Assembly (NCBI GenBank): GCA_964590585.1
Contig: CAZPYQ010000002.1
Span: 1-38,743 of the forward strand
DNA from: an uncultured Planctomycetia bacterium
GTDB taxonomy: Bacteria > Omnitrophota > Gorgyraeia > 2-01-FULL-45-10 > JAHFGN01
DNA: 38,743 nucleotides
Direction of reading: 5' to 3'
Shown: one piece after another, positions 1 through 9,244 of the stretch
Numbering within the stretch: the first letter of the stretch is position 1
Layout of the letters: each line of letters begins with the position of its first letter
Notes under the pieces: generated by a model
What the model was told of the DNA's origin: nothing
Databases searched by the model: none
Seen by the model: the letters and a program-made list of their open reading frames with translations, nothing else
Program-made: the position numbers and the translations under genes

Positions 1-247
1 CCTTGATTATATCCTGGGCCTGTTTCTTGGTGCCCACAAAGAGGATGTATCCGCCGGAGCGCGCCGTCTCCCTTAAGAAATCAGTCGCCCTGGTTATGGC
101 GAGTGCCGTCTTCTCGAGATCTATGATGTAGATGCCGTTCTTCTCGCCGAATATGAAATGCTTCATCTTTGGGTTCCAGCGCTTGGTCTGATGGCCAAAA
201 TGGACCCCCGCCTCCAAAAGCTGTTTGACTAATGTCGATTCTACCAT
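1..247 (-). CDS. rpsB: 30S ribosomal protein uS2, N-terminal 82 codons (gene runs off the left window edge)
   Basis: Not in the ORF track because it is truncated. Reverse translation from the ATG at 247 gives [82 protein letters not shown]. This is the conserved uS2 N-terminus ([15 protein letters not shown], [10 protein letters not shown]). An SD-like GAGGAGG lies 12 nt upstream. Confidence 0.9.
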   Translation of the reverse strand, partial: MVESTLVKQLLEAGVHFGHQTKRWNPKMKHFIFGEKNGIYIIDLEKTALAITRATDFLRETARSGGYILFVGTKKQAQDIIK

Positions 248-360
248 CTCTTCCAATTACCTCCTCAATTTTACGAAGTAAAATTGATCCTTAAGAACGC
301 GACTTTATAGGGGCGTTCGAAGGATCTTTCTCTATTACATCTGTCAAATATGGTTTTAAC

Positions 361-388
361 ATTATATCAATAAACCGTTATTTTGCAA
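361..388 (-). promoter_or_regulatory. Candidate sigma70 promoter for rpsB
   Basis: On the minus strand: TTGCAA (383-388), 16-nt spacer, TGaTATAAT extended -10 (361-366). It sits directly after the msbA-like stop and implies a leader of about 110 nt. Confidence 0.5.
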
Positions 389-393
389 GGGGA

Positions 394-2226
394 TTATCTG
401 ATGACGCTATTTTTAAACTGCATGTCATAAAGGTGCTTGTAGAGGCCGGATTTTTTAATAAGTTCATCGTGGGGGCCGACCTCGATTATCCTTCCGGAGT
501 CCAGGACGAATATTTTGTTCGCGTGTTTTATGGTGCTGAGCCGGTGCGCTATGGCGAAGACGGTCCTGCCTTTCATAAGGTGGTCTATCGCCTCCTGAAC
601 GAGTATCTCCGACTCCGTATCGAGCTGTGAGGTGGCCTCGTCCAATATAAGTATCGGGGGGTCCTTGTAGACGGCCCTGGCTATCGCCAGGCGCTGCTTC
701 TCCCCTCCGGAAAGCCTGAAGCCCCTTTCGCCTATTATCGTATCGTAACCTTTGGGCATGCCCATTATGAACGAGTGGGCGTTGGCTATCTTGGCGGCCC
801 GCATTATACTGTCCATATTAGAGCTCGCGCTCCCGTAGGCTATGTTCGCGGCCACGGTGTCATTGAAGAGTATCGTCTCCTGGGTCACTATGCCTATCTG
901 GTCCCGCAGGGACTTGAATGTCGCCTTTTGTATATCGGCGCCGTCTATCTTTATGGAACCCCGTGAGGGATCATAAAAACGGGGGAGGAGATTTACGAGC
1001 GTCGTCTTGCCCACGCCGCTGGGACCCACGAAGGCCGCTATCTCGCCGACTTTCACGTCAAAATTTATATCTTTAAGGATCTCCTTATCGTCATATTTAA
1101 ACCAGACGCCTTCGAAGGAGACGCCTTTCCTGATGCGCGGAAGTCCTAAGGCGCCTTTCGCCTCGACGACCGTGGGTTTCGTGTCCAGCACTTCGAATAT
1201 CCTCGTCGCGGCCGCGAGCGCCTGCTGGTTTATCCCGTAGACGTTCGTAAGGCGTTTTACCGGCTTCATCAGAGACAGGAGCGCCACCAGGAACGTGATG
1301 AACGCCCCGCATGAAAGCTCTCCTGATATGATCTGACTCGCGGCGATCCACAAGATTATCGCGATACAGAGTATCCCGACAAACTCGGTTATTGGGCTCA
1401 CGACGGTCATCCTCTTCACGGATTTCATAGACAGGCGGTAGAATTGGTTGTTCTGTTTTCTAAACTTCTCACCCTCATACCCCTCCATGGAGAACGCCTT
1501 TACGACACGCACCCCGGATATCGTCTCGTAAAGTGTAGTATTTATATCCGCCATCTGCTCCTGCGACCTTCTGGAGATGGATTTAAGCCTCTTTCCTATC
1601 ATCACTACGGGATAAATAACCAAAGGAAACAGGCCCAGGCTTACCCCGATTAATACCCACGATATGGAGAAATAGACCTTGACCGCCAGGAGGATGGCTA
1701 CATACAGCGCCAGCTGCAGGGGCTGATATATGAGGTCCGTTAGGCCGCTTGAGATAGAGTCCCTTATGATGGCGGAGTCGTAGGTTATGCGCGATATAAG
1801 TTTCCCTGTAGAATTCCTGCTGTAGAAATCCATAGAGAGCGCCAGGAGCTTTTTGTAGATGATGTCCTTTACGTCCCTTATGACGCGCTGGCTCACGTCG
1901 TTCATGAAATACGTCTGGAGGAACTCGAAGAGGTTCTTAAAGAGCCACAGGACCATGACCATTATCATCATGGTGTTCAAAAGCTGGGCCGGCGGCATCG
2001 AGTTTATCTTATCCACCAGGTTCTCGAGGACAGAAGGTATATGTATGCCCGTTGAGAGGATTATCTTCTTTCCCCTTATGATATTGTCGACCAAGGGGAT
2101 TATCATGCCTATGGACACCCCGCCGAATAGAGATGATATGGACATGCATACGCTTGCCGCCGCCAGTACCCAGATATGGGGCAGGACGAACTTTACCAGC
2201 CGCCTGTATTCCGCTATCGCACGCAT
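394..2226 (-). CDS. msbA: ABC transporter permease/ATPase, MsbA-like lipid A/lipid exporter
   Basis: 610 aa with an N-terminal 6-TM ABC exporter domain. Walker A GPSGVGKTT, signature LSGGEKQR, Walker B ILILDEATS. It is divergent from an lpxB operon. The substrate is an inference from context. Confidence 0.8.
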   Translation of the reverse strand: MRAIAEYRRLVKFVLPHIWVLAAASVCMSISSLFGGVSIGMIIPLVDNIIRGKKIILSTGIHIPSVLENLVDKINSMPPAQLLNTMMIMVMVLWLFKNLFEFLQTYFMNDVSQRVIRDVKDIIYKKLLALSMDFYSRNSTGKLISRITYDSAIIRDSISSGLTDLIYQPLQLALYVAILLAVKVYFSISWVLIGVSLGLFPLVIYPVVMIGKRLKSISRRSQEQMADINTTLYETISGVRVVKAFSMEGYEGEKFRKQNNQFYRLSMKSVKRMTVVSPITEFVGILCIAIILWIAASQIISGELSCGAFITFLVALLSLMKPVKRLTNVYGINQQALAAATRIFEVLDTKPTVVEAKGALGLPRIRKGVSFEGVWFKYDDKEILKDINFDVKVGEIAAFVGPSGVGKTTLVNLLPRFYDPSRGSIKIDGADIQKATFKSLRDQIGIVTQETILFNDTVAANIAYGSASSNMDSIMRAAKIANAHSFIMGMPKGYDTIIGERGFRLSGGEKQRLAIARAVYKDPPILILDEATSQLDTESEILVQEAIDHLMKGRTVFAIAHRLSTIKHANKIFVLDSGRIIEVGPHDELIKKSGLYKHLYDMQFKNSVIR

Positions 2227-2345
2227 GATTTTCTCATATTAGTGTTGAATATATTATCACTAAACCCGTTTTTTGTCGAGGAAAAATAAGGGCGGTTCTG
2301 CCCGCAATCGAAGCACCGTTTCCGCCTGCTTTTGCCATTTTCCGC

Positions 2346-2375
2346 TTGCGGAAGACAGGTGAAGGGTGTTATAAT
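2346..2375 (+). promoter_or_regulatory. Candidate sigma70 promoter for the oxidoreductase-lpxB operon
   Basis: TTGCGG (2346-2351), 18-nt spacer, TGtTATAAT extended -10 (2370-2375). SD GAGGA precedes the ATG at 2403. Confidence 0.5.
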
Positions 2376-2402
2376 TTTGACTTATACGTAACGAGGATCA
2401 AG

Positions 2403-3332
2403 ATGGCGAAGATAAGGGTGGGTGTGGTGGGGGTAGGCCATTTGGGCTACTACCACGCCAAGATGTATAATCGCATAAAGAACGCGGATCTCGCGGGCGT
2501 ATGCGACTGCGACTACGAACAGGCCAAGGAGATAGGCAAGAAGTACCATGTGCCGTATTATGCCGATTACGAGGACCTGTTCGGCAAGGTGGACGCCGCG
2601 AGCATAGTCGTACCGACAAGCCTGCACTATACTATCGCGAAGGAATTCCTGAAGAACGGCATCCATGTGCTTATCGAAAAACCCATAACCAAGACGCTCT
2701 CGGAGGCCAACGAACTCATCGAACTGGCGGAAAAGAAGAACCTGATAATCCAGGTCGGGCACATAGAGCGCTTCAATTCCGCGATAAGGGCCGTCGAACA
2801 TTATTTGAATAAACCCAGGTTCATAGAGTCGCAGAGGCTCGGGCCCTTCTACAAAAGGGCGGGCGACATAGGCGTCGTCCTGGACCTCATGATCCATGAT
2901 ATAGATATCATCCTGGGATTGATAAAGTCAGACGTCGTGAATATAGAGGCCGTGGGTGTCAGCACCATAACCGACCACGAGGATATGGCCAATGTGAGAC
3001 TCACCTTCGAAAGCGCCGCGGTGGCCGACATAACGGCCAGCCGTGTTACAAAAGACACGGTGAGGAAGATCCGCATATTCCAGAAGGATTCCTATATATC
3101 GCTCGATTTTCTGCATCAGGAAGCGTCACTATTCAAAAATACCGACACGAGGCTTGTCGAGAAGAAGATAAAGATAAAAAAGGACAACCCCCTGAAGAGG
3201 GAGCTCGAATCTTTCCTCGAATGCGTGGCGACGGGCTCCAGGCCCCTCGTCTCGGGCATGGAAGGCAGGCAGGCCCTTCGGGTCGCGCTTTCCATACTCG
3301 AAAAGATCTCCCCTGTAAAGAAAAATGCCTAA
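2403..3332 (+). CDS. Gfo/Idh/MocA family NAD-dependent oxidoreductase (possibly GnnA-like UDP-GlcNAc 3-dehydrogenase)
   Basis: The start is moved to MAKIRVGVVGVGHLGYYH (Rossmann GxGxxG), which has an SD; the track start at 2346 falls inside the promoter. An EKP motif (VLIEKPI) is present. The stop overlaps the lpxB start (ATGCCTAA). Confidence 0.85.
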   Translation: MAKIRVGVVGVGHLGYYHAKMYNRIKNADLAGVCDCDYEQAKEIGKKYHVPYYADYEDLFGKVDAASIVVPTSLHYTIAKEFLKNGIHVLIEKPITKTLSEANELIELAEKKNLIIQVGHIERFNSAIRAVEHYLNKPRFIESQRLGPFYKRAGDIGVVLDLMIHDIDIILGLIKSDVVNIEAVGVSTITDHEDMANVRLTFESAAVADITASRVTKDTVRKIRIFQKDSYISLDFLHQEASLFKNTDTRLVEKKIKIKKDNPLKRELESFLECVATGSRPLVSGMEGRQALRVALSILEKISPVKKNA

Positions 3333-4458
3333 GAGAATAGTCATCATAGCCGGCGAACCCTCCGGCGACCTCCATGCCTCAAACCTCGTCAGAGAGATAA
3401 GGCTTCTAAGGGATGATATCGAATTCTTCGGCCTCGGCGGAAGCCTGATGAAGAAGGCGGGCGTCGAAATACGTTACGATGTAACCGGCCTTGCCCTGGT
3501 AGGCCTCTTCGAAGTCTTGAAAAAGATATTCATGCTGGGAAAGATCTTTAAAAATATATTGCGCGAGATAGACGAAAAGGGGCCGGACCTCGCCGTACTG
3601 GTGGATTATCCGGGGTTTAACCTCAGGCTGGCGAAGGAACTGAAGAGGCGCGGCATACCCGTCGTATACTATATCAGCCCGCAGCTCTGGGCGTGGGACG
3701 AGGGCAGGATAGGGATAATAAAGGACGCGGTCAGCAAGATGGTCGTCCTCTTCGGTTTCGAGGAAGAATTTTACAAAAGGCACGGCGTAAGCGCCGAATG
3801 CGCGGGGCACCCCCTGGCGGAGACCGCGAAACCGTCCCTTCATAAGGACGAGGTGATAAAAAAATACGGCCTGGACCCGCTAAAAACGACCATAGCCATA
3901 TTGCCGGGTTCCCGCAGGACGGAGGTCGTCAACTTACTGCCCGTGATGCTCGATGCGGCGGGACTCGTCTTAAGAAAGATGCCGAAGATCCAGATACTGG
4001 TGGCCAGATTCCCCGGAGTCGAAGAGGCGGTGTATGAAAAAGAGATAAAAAAGCGCGCTTTTGGCGTCAAACTGATAACCGCCGATACCTATAATGTCCT
4101 GAACGCTTCAGACTTCGCCATCGTGGCGTCCGGGACCGCTACATTGGAGACGGCCCTTATAGGGACGCCGATGGTCATAGCGTACAAGGGCAGCTTCATG
4201 AACTGGCTCGCCTTCAAGGCCGTGGTAAAGATTAAGGATATAGGCCTGGTCAATATAATAGCCGGCAGAAAGGTCGTGCCGGAATTTCTGCAGTTTGACG
4301 CAAGAGCCGACAAGCTGTCCAAAAAGGTCATTGAGCTCCTCTCGTCTCCCGGCGAGACGGCCAAGATGAAAAATGCCTTTTCGGATATAAGGGCCTCCAT
4401 CGGCGCCCCCGGGGCCAGCAAAAGGGCCGCCCGGGCCGTATTGGCCTGCCTGAAATAA
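3325..4458 (+). CDS. lpxB: Lipid-A-disaccharide synthase
   Basis: 377 aa. The N-terminus IVIIAGEPSGDLHASNLVREI, plus YISPQLWAW and the IAILPGSRxxE motif, are typical of LpxB (GT19). Confidence 0.9.
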   Translation: MPKRIVIIAGEPSGDLHASNLVREIRLLRDDIEFFGLGGSLMKKAGVEIRYDVTGLALVGLFEVLKKIFMLGKIFKNILREIDEKGPDLAVLVDYPGFNLRLAKELKRRGIPVVYYISPQLWAWDEGRIGIIKDAVSKMVVLFGFEEEFYKRHGVSAECAGHPLAETAKPSLHKDEVIKKYGLDPLKTTIAILPGSRRTEVVNLLPVMLDAAGLVLRKMPKIQILVARFPGVEEAVYEKEIKKRAFGVKLITADTYNVLNASDFAIVASGTATLETALIGTPMVIAYKGSFMNWLAFKAVVKIKDIGLVNIIAGRKVVPEFLQFDARADKLSKKVIELLSSPGETAKMKNAFSDIRASIGAPGASKRAARAVLACLK

Positions 4459-4485
4459 CCATTCCAGCGATAATTTAAATTGTTC

Positions 4486-4514
4486 TTGACAATCGACAAG
4501 TTGTGTGGTATATT
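4486..4514 (+). promoter_or_regulatory. Near-consensus sigma70 promoter for the HTH-glnA gene
   Basis: TTGACA (4486-4491), 17-nt spacer, TGgTATATT extended -10 (4509-4514). This implies a leader of about 60 nt before the SD GGGGAGG and the ATG at 4584. Confidence 0.6.
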
Positions 4515-4583
4515 TACGATTGTAAAGATGGCCACGCAAAATGACTAAATTGGCATAGCGGAGTAACCGCGGGGAGGCAGGAT

Positions 4584-6119
4584 ATGAGAGAAAGATACAT
4601 AAGCCCGACACAGGCCGCCAGGATGCTCGGCATATCGCGGCAGGCGGTTGTTGATAAAGTCCAGAAAGGGGCTATCCCCGCCGTAAGGGTCGGCAAGCAG
4701 TATATAATAGAAAGAGACGATGTGGAGCGTTTAAAGAAAGGTGCCCGCAGGATACCGCCCCGCGCGGAAGAGGGGGCCGATGAAATACCCAGAGACAGCT
4801 ATGATGCCGGGCGGGTCCTGAAACTGGTCCGCGAGAACAATATAAATGTGATACAGATGTGGTTCGTCGATATACTGGGCATACTTAAGTGCGTTTCCAT
4901 TACCAGGAGAGAGCTTGAGGAGGCGCTATACCACGGCAAGGGGTTCGACGGCTCGTCCGTCACCGGCTTCGCGGAGGCGGAGGAGTCCGATATCCTCGCC
5001 AAACCAGATCCCACAAGCTTCCAGATATTGCCGTGGGAGGAATCCTCCGGGCCGGTCGCGCGCATGTTCTGCGATATACTTAATCCCGACCAGACGCCTT
5101 ATGCCGGCGATTCAAGACATATATTGAAAAGGGTCCTCGGAAGGGCGAAGAAGATGGGATACGCCTATTATATAGGGCCCGAGATAGAATACTTCTATTT
5201 CAAGACGAATCGCCTGCCGGAGATCCTGGACGAAGGGACATATTTTGAACTCATACCCAATGACATGGCCGACGCGGTAAGAAACAAGACCGTTGAGCTC
5301 CTCGAATCCATGGGCATAGCCATAGAGGCCAGCCACCATGAGGTGGCCCCCAGCCAGCACGAGATAGACCCCAAATACGGCGAGGCGCTGGGCATGGCGG
5401 ACAATATAGTAACATGCCGCTATTGTATAAAGGAGGTAGCCCAACAGCACGGCGTATACGCCACCTTCATGCCTAAGCCGATGTTCGGCGTGGCCGGAAG
5501 CGGCATGCACGTCCACCAGTCTCTGTTCAGGAAGAAGAGGAACGCCTTTTACGATAAGGGCGACAAGTACCACCTCTCCGAAACGGCCAAGCAGTTCATA
5601 GCGGGCCAGTTGAAGCACGCCAGAGAGATATCGTCGCTACTGGCCCAGTGGGTAAACTCCTATAAGCGTCTTGTGCCGGGATATGAAGCGCCCGTATATG
5701 TGTCATGGGCCCAGCGTAACAGGACCGCGCTCATAAGGGTGCCCCTCTACAGGCCGGGGAACGAGAAGGCCACCAGGGCGGAGCTCAGGTGCCCGGACCC
5801 GTCATGTAATCCGTATATAGCCTTTGCCGTGATGCTGGCCGCCGGCCTGGAAGGCATAGAGAAAGGCTATAAGGCGCCTAATCCGGTTGAGCCGAACATC
5901 TACAAGATGAAGATGTCTGAAAGGGCGGAGCGGGGGCTCGCATCCCTTCCGGGAAACTTATTCGAAGCATTGAGCGAGACCGAGAAGAGCCGGTTCGTGT
6001 GCGAGGCGTTAGGCGAGCACGTCTTTACCAGGTTTTTGATAAATAAGCAGAAGGAATGGGAAGACTACAGGATGCAGGTCACGGGACACGAGATAAAAAA
6101 GTACCTGCCTATATTATGA
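4584..6119 (+). CDS. glnA: Glutamine synthetase (GSI-alpha-like) fused to an N-terminal excisionase/MerR-type helix-turn-helix domain
   Basis: 511 aa. Residues ~5-55 (ISPTQAARMLGISRQAVVDKVQKGAIPAVRVGKQYIIERDDVERL) match the excisionase-family HTH pattern. From ~aa 75 the protein is a full GS: VIQMWFVDILG, FDGSSVTGF, EESD, YIGPEIEYF, HHEVAPSQHEI, FMPKP, GSGMHVHQS, NSYKRLVPGYEAP, NRTALIRVP. Confidence 0.9.
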   Translation: MRERYISPTQAARMLGISRQAVVDKVQKGAIPAVRVGKQYIIERDDVERLKKGARRIPPRAEEGADEIPRDSYDAGRVLKLVRENNINVIQMWFVDILGILKCVSITRRELEEALYHGKGFDGSSVTGFAEAEESDILAKPDPTSFQILPWEESSGPVARMFCDILNPDQTPYAGDSRHILKRVLGRAKKMGYAYYIGPEIEYFYFKTNRLPEILDEGTYFELIPNDMADAVRNKTVELLESMGIAIEASHHEVAPSQHEIDPKYGEALGMADNIVTCRYCIKEVAQQHGVYATFMPKPMFGVAGSGMHVHQSLFRKKRNAFYDKGDKYHLSETAKQFIAGQLKHAREISSLLAQWVNSYKRLVPGYEAPVYVSWAQRNRTALIRVPLYRPGNEKATRAELRCPDPSCNPYIAFAVMLAAGLEGIEKGYKAPNPVEPNIYKMKMSERAERGLASLPGNLFEALSETEKSRFVCEALGEHVFTRFLINKQKEWEDYRMQVTGHEIKKYLPIL

Positions 6120-6915
6120 CTATGGATATGTTTGAGCCGTCCGCGAGAGCGACGGCCTCATCCCTGTCCATAAGGATGGTCTTCTTCTCTTCAAGCGCCA
6201 GGACGCTCGCCCTGGCGCCTATCATGGCCCTCACCGTATCGGGCCCCACGATCGGCACGTCAAGCCGCATATCCTGATTGGGGCGGGCCATCTTGACAAC
6301 CGTAAAGTTGCCTCCTGAGAGGACCCCCGCCCTTTTTATCGCCTCGTCGGTGCCTTCGGCCGCTTCCAGGGCCAGCACGCATTCGTCCTTGACACAAACC
6401 ATCTGGCCTATGTCAAACCCGGCGAGCGCCTTTGCCGCGGCCCTGCCCAGGGCGATGTCTTTCTCCTCCGTCCCCGTCGGCTTGCGGGCCGTGATGACGC
6501 CCCTGGAAGGTATCAGGTTCTCAAGATACGCGGTCACATCTACGAGCTCGATCCCCATCTTCCCGAATGCGCCGGAGAAACCCTTTAATATGGAATAGTC
6601 GCTCTTGCCCTTCATGGAGGCGAAGAGGGCCTTCGCCTTTTCATCAAGGACCGACTCATTCCGCAATATCATCGACTTTTTTATCTTTCCTATAAGGACG
6701 ACCTTCTTTACCCTCTCCGTCATGAGGACAAAAAGAAGCTTCTGAAACTGGCCCCATTCAAACCAGTGGACCCTGTCCGCGACACCCTCAAGGCCGGGCT
6801 CGGTAAGGCCCTTGAGACAAAAGGCGACAATAAAGTCGCCCTTTCTTTTGGCCTCTTTGGCAAATACGAGAGGGAGCTTTCCGCCTCCTCCCAAAAGCCC
6901 AATTCTATTCATCAA
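6109..6915 (-). CDS. lpxI: UDP-2,3-diacylglucosamine pyrophosphatase LpxI (DUF1009 family)
   Basis: 268 aa. IGLLGGGGKLP N-terminus and DIGQMVCVKDECVLALEAAEGTDEAIKR match the LpxI signature (compare Caulobacter LpxI DIGQ..V..LAVEA.EGTD). It lies in the lpx cluster. Confidence 0.85.
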   Translation of the reverse strand: MMNRIGLLGGGGKLPLVFAKEAKRKGDFIVAFCLKGLTEPGLEGVADRVHWFEWGQFQKLLFVLMTERVKKVVLIGKIKKSMILRNESVLDEKAKALFASMKGKSDYSILKGFSGAFGKMGIELVDVTAYLENLIPSRGVITARKPTGTEEKDIALGRAAAKALAGFDIGQMVCVKDECVLALEAAEGTDEAIKRAGVLSGGNFTVVKMARPNQDMRLDVPIVGPDTVRAMIGARASVLALEEKKTILMDRDEAVALADGSNISIVII

Positions 6916-6918
6916 ACC

Positions 6919-7380
6919 CTATTCTTTCTTATCGACGATGGCGAAGACCAGATCGGCCTCGGCGGCTACATCATCGCCCACCCTGGCTACGCCATGGATC
7001 TGTATTATCTTCGTCCTCGCTTTAGTAAAAGTCACTTCCAGTATAAGCTGGTCGCCCGGAACTACGGGGCGCCTGAACTTCGCGTTATTAATGGTGGCGA
7101 AGTAGGCGAGATTACCCTTGTTGTCGCTCATGGACAAGGCGTAGACGCCGGCTGTCTGGGCCATCGCCTCCAATATAAGGACTCCCGGCATCACCGGGTG
7201 CCCCGGAAAGTGGCCCTGGAAGAACGGCTCATTTATGGTCACGTTCTTGATCCCGACTATCCTCTTCTCATCCATGTCGAGTATCCTGTCGACCATCAAA
7301 AACGGATACCGGTGCGGTATTATCTCCTGGATCCTGGCTATGTCCAAAACGTGCCCCATATCCTTGTTATCCATTTTCAT
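6919..7380 (-). CDS. fabZ: 3-hydroxyacyl-ACP dehydratase
   Basis: 153 aa. IIPHRYPFLMVDRI and FFQGHFPGHPVMPGVLILEAMAQ are hot-dog fold FabZ motifs. Confidence 0.93.
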   Translation of the reverse strand: MKMDNKDMGHVLDIARIQEIIPHRYPFLMVDRILDMDEKRIVGIKNVTINEPFFQGHFPGHPVMPGVLILEAMAQTAGVYALSMSDNKGNLAYFATINNAKFRRPVVPGDQLILEVTFTKARTKIIQIHGVARVGDDVAAEADLVFAIVDKKE

Positions 7381-8212
7381 TAATCACCCCTTTTAATCTT
7401 TTTACCAGTTCCATGTTAAGTTTATGGCCGCTTTTTATCGCGACGACATGCCCCTTTACCTGCCGCCCGAGAAGATACAGGTCGCCTATCAGGTCCAGCA
7501 CCTTGTGTCTGGCGGGCTCATCGGGAAAGCGAAACTTGTTTCGAACCGGCCCCGCATCGCCTATCACGAGGGTATTGTTGTAGCTGGCCCCTTTCCCGAG
7601 ACCCATCTTCAAGAGCGCCATCACCTCTTCCTCGAAACAGAACGTCCTGGCCGGCGCTACATCCCTTTCGAAGGTCTTCTCGTTTACAATCGTAGAAAAA
7701 AAAGAGTCGTATATCCTCGGCTTTGTAAATGAAAGGGTATAAGAAACCTTAAGCTCCTCTGCCGGGAATATCCCCAGAAAAGAATCCCCGTCTTCGACCC
7801 ATACCGGCTCTTTTACCGACATTACCTCTCTCTCGGCGGAGAGCTCCTTGACGCCGGCGCCTTTAAGGGCGTCAAAAAAAATCTTGGCGCTGCCGTCCAG
7901 GCCCGGCAGTTCGGCGCTCTCGACCTCGGCTATTATATTATCTATCATGAGCGCCGATAACGCCGCCATCAGATGCTCGACCGTATATATCTCTATCTCG
8001 CCGGTCCTTAATGTGGTGCGCCGGGATCCGGCGCTGGGGCGCCCAAGGTCCAAAGACTGGATGTTTATGAGAGGTTTATTGGGGAGGTCGCGTCTTATAA
8101 AATTTATCCCGCTACGGGCGGGCGCCGGCCTTAAATTTAAGGCCGTCTCTTTTCCGGTGTGCTGCCCGACGCCGGAAAGCGCGACAGGCCTCTCAATGGT
8201 TCGCTGTTTCAC
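7367..8212 (-). CDS. lpxC: UDP-3-O-acyl-N-acetylglucosamine deacetylase
   Basis: The LpxC body starts at [20 protein letters not shown], with a TVEHLMAAL motif. I place the start at GTG 8212, which overlaps the lpxD TGA as GTGA. The 42-aa track extension (to 8338) lies out of frame inside lpxD. Confidence 0.85.
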   Translation of the reverse strand: MKQRTIERPVALSGVGQHTGKETALNLRPAPARSGINFIRRDLPNKPLINIQSLDLGRPSAGSRRTTLRTGEIEIYTVEHLMAALSALMIDNIIAEVESAELPGLDGSAKIFFDALKGAGVKELSAEREVMSVKEPVWVEDGDSFLGIFPAEELKVSYTLSFTKPRIYDSFFSTIVNEKTFERDVAPARTFCFEEEVMALLKMGLGKGASYNNTLVIGDAGPVRNKFRFPDEPARHKVLDLIGDLYLLGRQVKGHVVAIKSGHKLNMELVKRLKGVINENG

Positions 8213-9240
8213 TTTTTCTTTTCCAACGCCCTGATCTTCTTTTCCAGGAGATTCAGCCTTGCGTATAGCTTTGGCAGAAGCGCGGTCGAGGCGTTTAATC
8301 TCTTGGCGAGCCGAATCGGTTTTGCCGGCGTCCCCCACAGCACGGTATCTTTTTCTAAAAAACTCTTTAGTACACCGCTCTGCGCTCCCACCTTGACGCC
8401 GTCGGCCAGCTCTATGTGATGCACAAGGCCCGCCTGCCCTCCCAGCATTACACCATTACCCAATTTGGTGCTGCCGGATATGCCTGACTGGGCCACTACG
8501 ACACAGTTCCTGCCTATCGTCACGTTATGGGCCACTTGGACAAGGTTATCTATCTTGGTCCCGGCGCCTATCACCGTCCTGGAGAAACGGGCCCTGTCTA
8601 TCGTCACGTTGGAGCCTATTTCCACATCATCCTCCACAACGACCGTGCCTATCTGCGGTATCTTGAGAAATATGCCTTTGGCAAGGTCATAACCGAAACC
8701 GTCCCCGCCTATTATGGCTCCGGGATGGATTATCACCCTGTTACCCAGGCTGACTTCTTCTCTTATTGTGACTCCGGGATATATGATGCAGGAGTTTCCT
8801 AAGCGGGCGTTTTTACCTATATAACAGAATGGGTATATGACGGTATCGTCGCCTATGGATACGCCGTCTCTTACGACGACATAAGGGCCTATGCCGCAAT
8901 TCGCGCCTATCCGCGCCTTCGCTTCTATGACGGCCGTGGGATGTATGCCTTTAGGGTGAGGTATCCTGTCTGGAAATATAAAATCTACGGCTTTGGAGAA
9001 AGAGACGGACGGATCCGCTACCCGTATTACGGTCTTCGCGCAAGGTTTGGCCGTCAGGGGCACTACAACACATGATGCCTTTGTCATGCCCAGGAGGGGA
9101 GAGAATTTTTCGTGGATTATAAAAGATATGTCCCCTTTTTTGGCTTCCTTTAAGCCGCTGGCGCCTTTTATCTCAATCGCATCGTCGCCTACGAGCTGGC
9201 CGCCTATGAATCTGGCTATCTCGCCCGTCTTTTTCATCAC
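8209..9240 (-). CDS. lpxD: UDP-3-O-acylglucosamine N-acyltransferase
   Basis: 343 aa. It has an N-terminal LpxD domain ([13 protein letters not shown]) followed by long left-handed beta-helix hexapeptide repeats. Confidence 0.9.
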   Translation of the reverse strand: MMKKTGEIARFIGGQLVGDDAIEIKGASGLKEAKKGDISFIIHEKFSPLLGMTKASCVVVPLTAKPCAKTVIRVADPSVSFSKAVDFIFPDRIPHPKGIHPTAVIEAKARIGANCGIGPYVVVRDGVSIGDDTVIYPFCYIGKNARLGNSCIIYPGVTIREEVSLGNRVIIHPGAIIGGDGFGYDLAKGIFLKIPQIGTVVVEDDVEIGSNVTIDRARFSRTVIGAGTKIDNLVQVAHNVTIGRNCVVVAQSGISGSTKLGNGVMLGGQAGLVHHIELADGVKVGAQSGVLKSFLEKDTVLWGTPAKPIRLAKRLNASTALLPKLYARLNLLEKKIRALEKKK

Positions 9241-9244
9241 AGGC

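Noticed and set aside
4540-4560. Sigma54 (-24/-12) promoter or TnrA/GlnR box upstream of glnA (TGGCATAGCGGAGTA; TGT..ACA segments near the -35).
   Set aside because: The TGGCAT is not followed by TTGC at the correct spacing. The TGT/ACA pairs have N12 rather than N11 spacing and lack the inner A/T positions of TGTNAN7TNACA.
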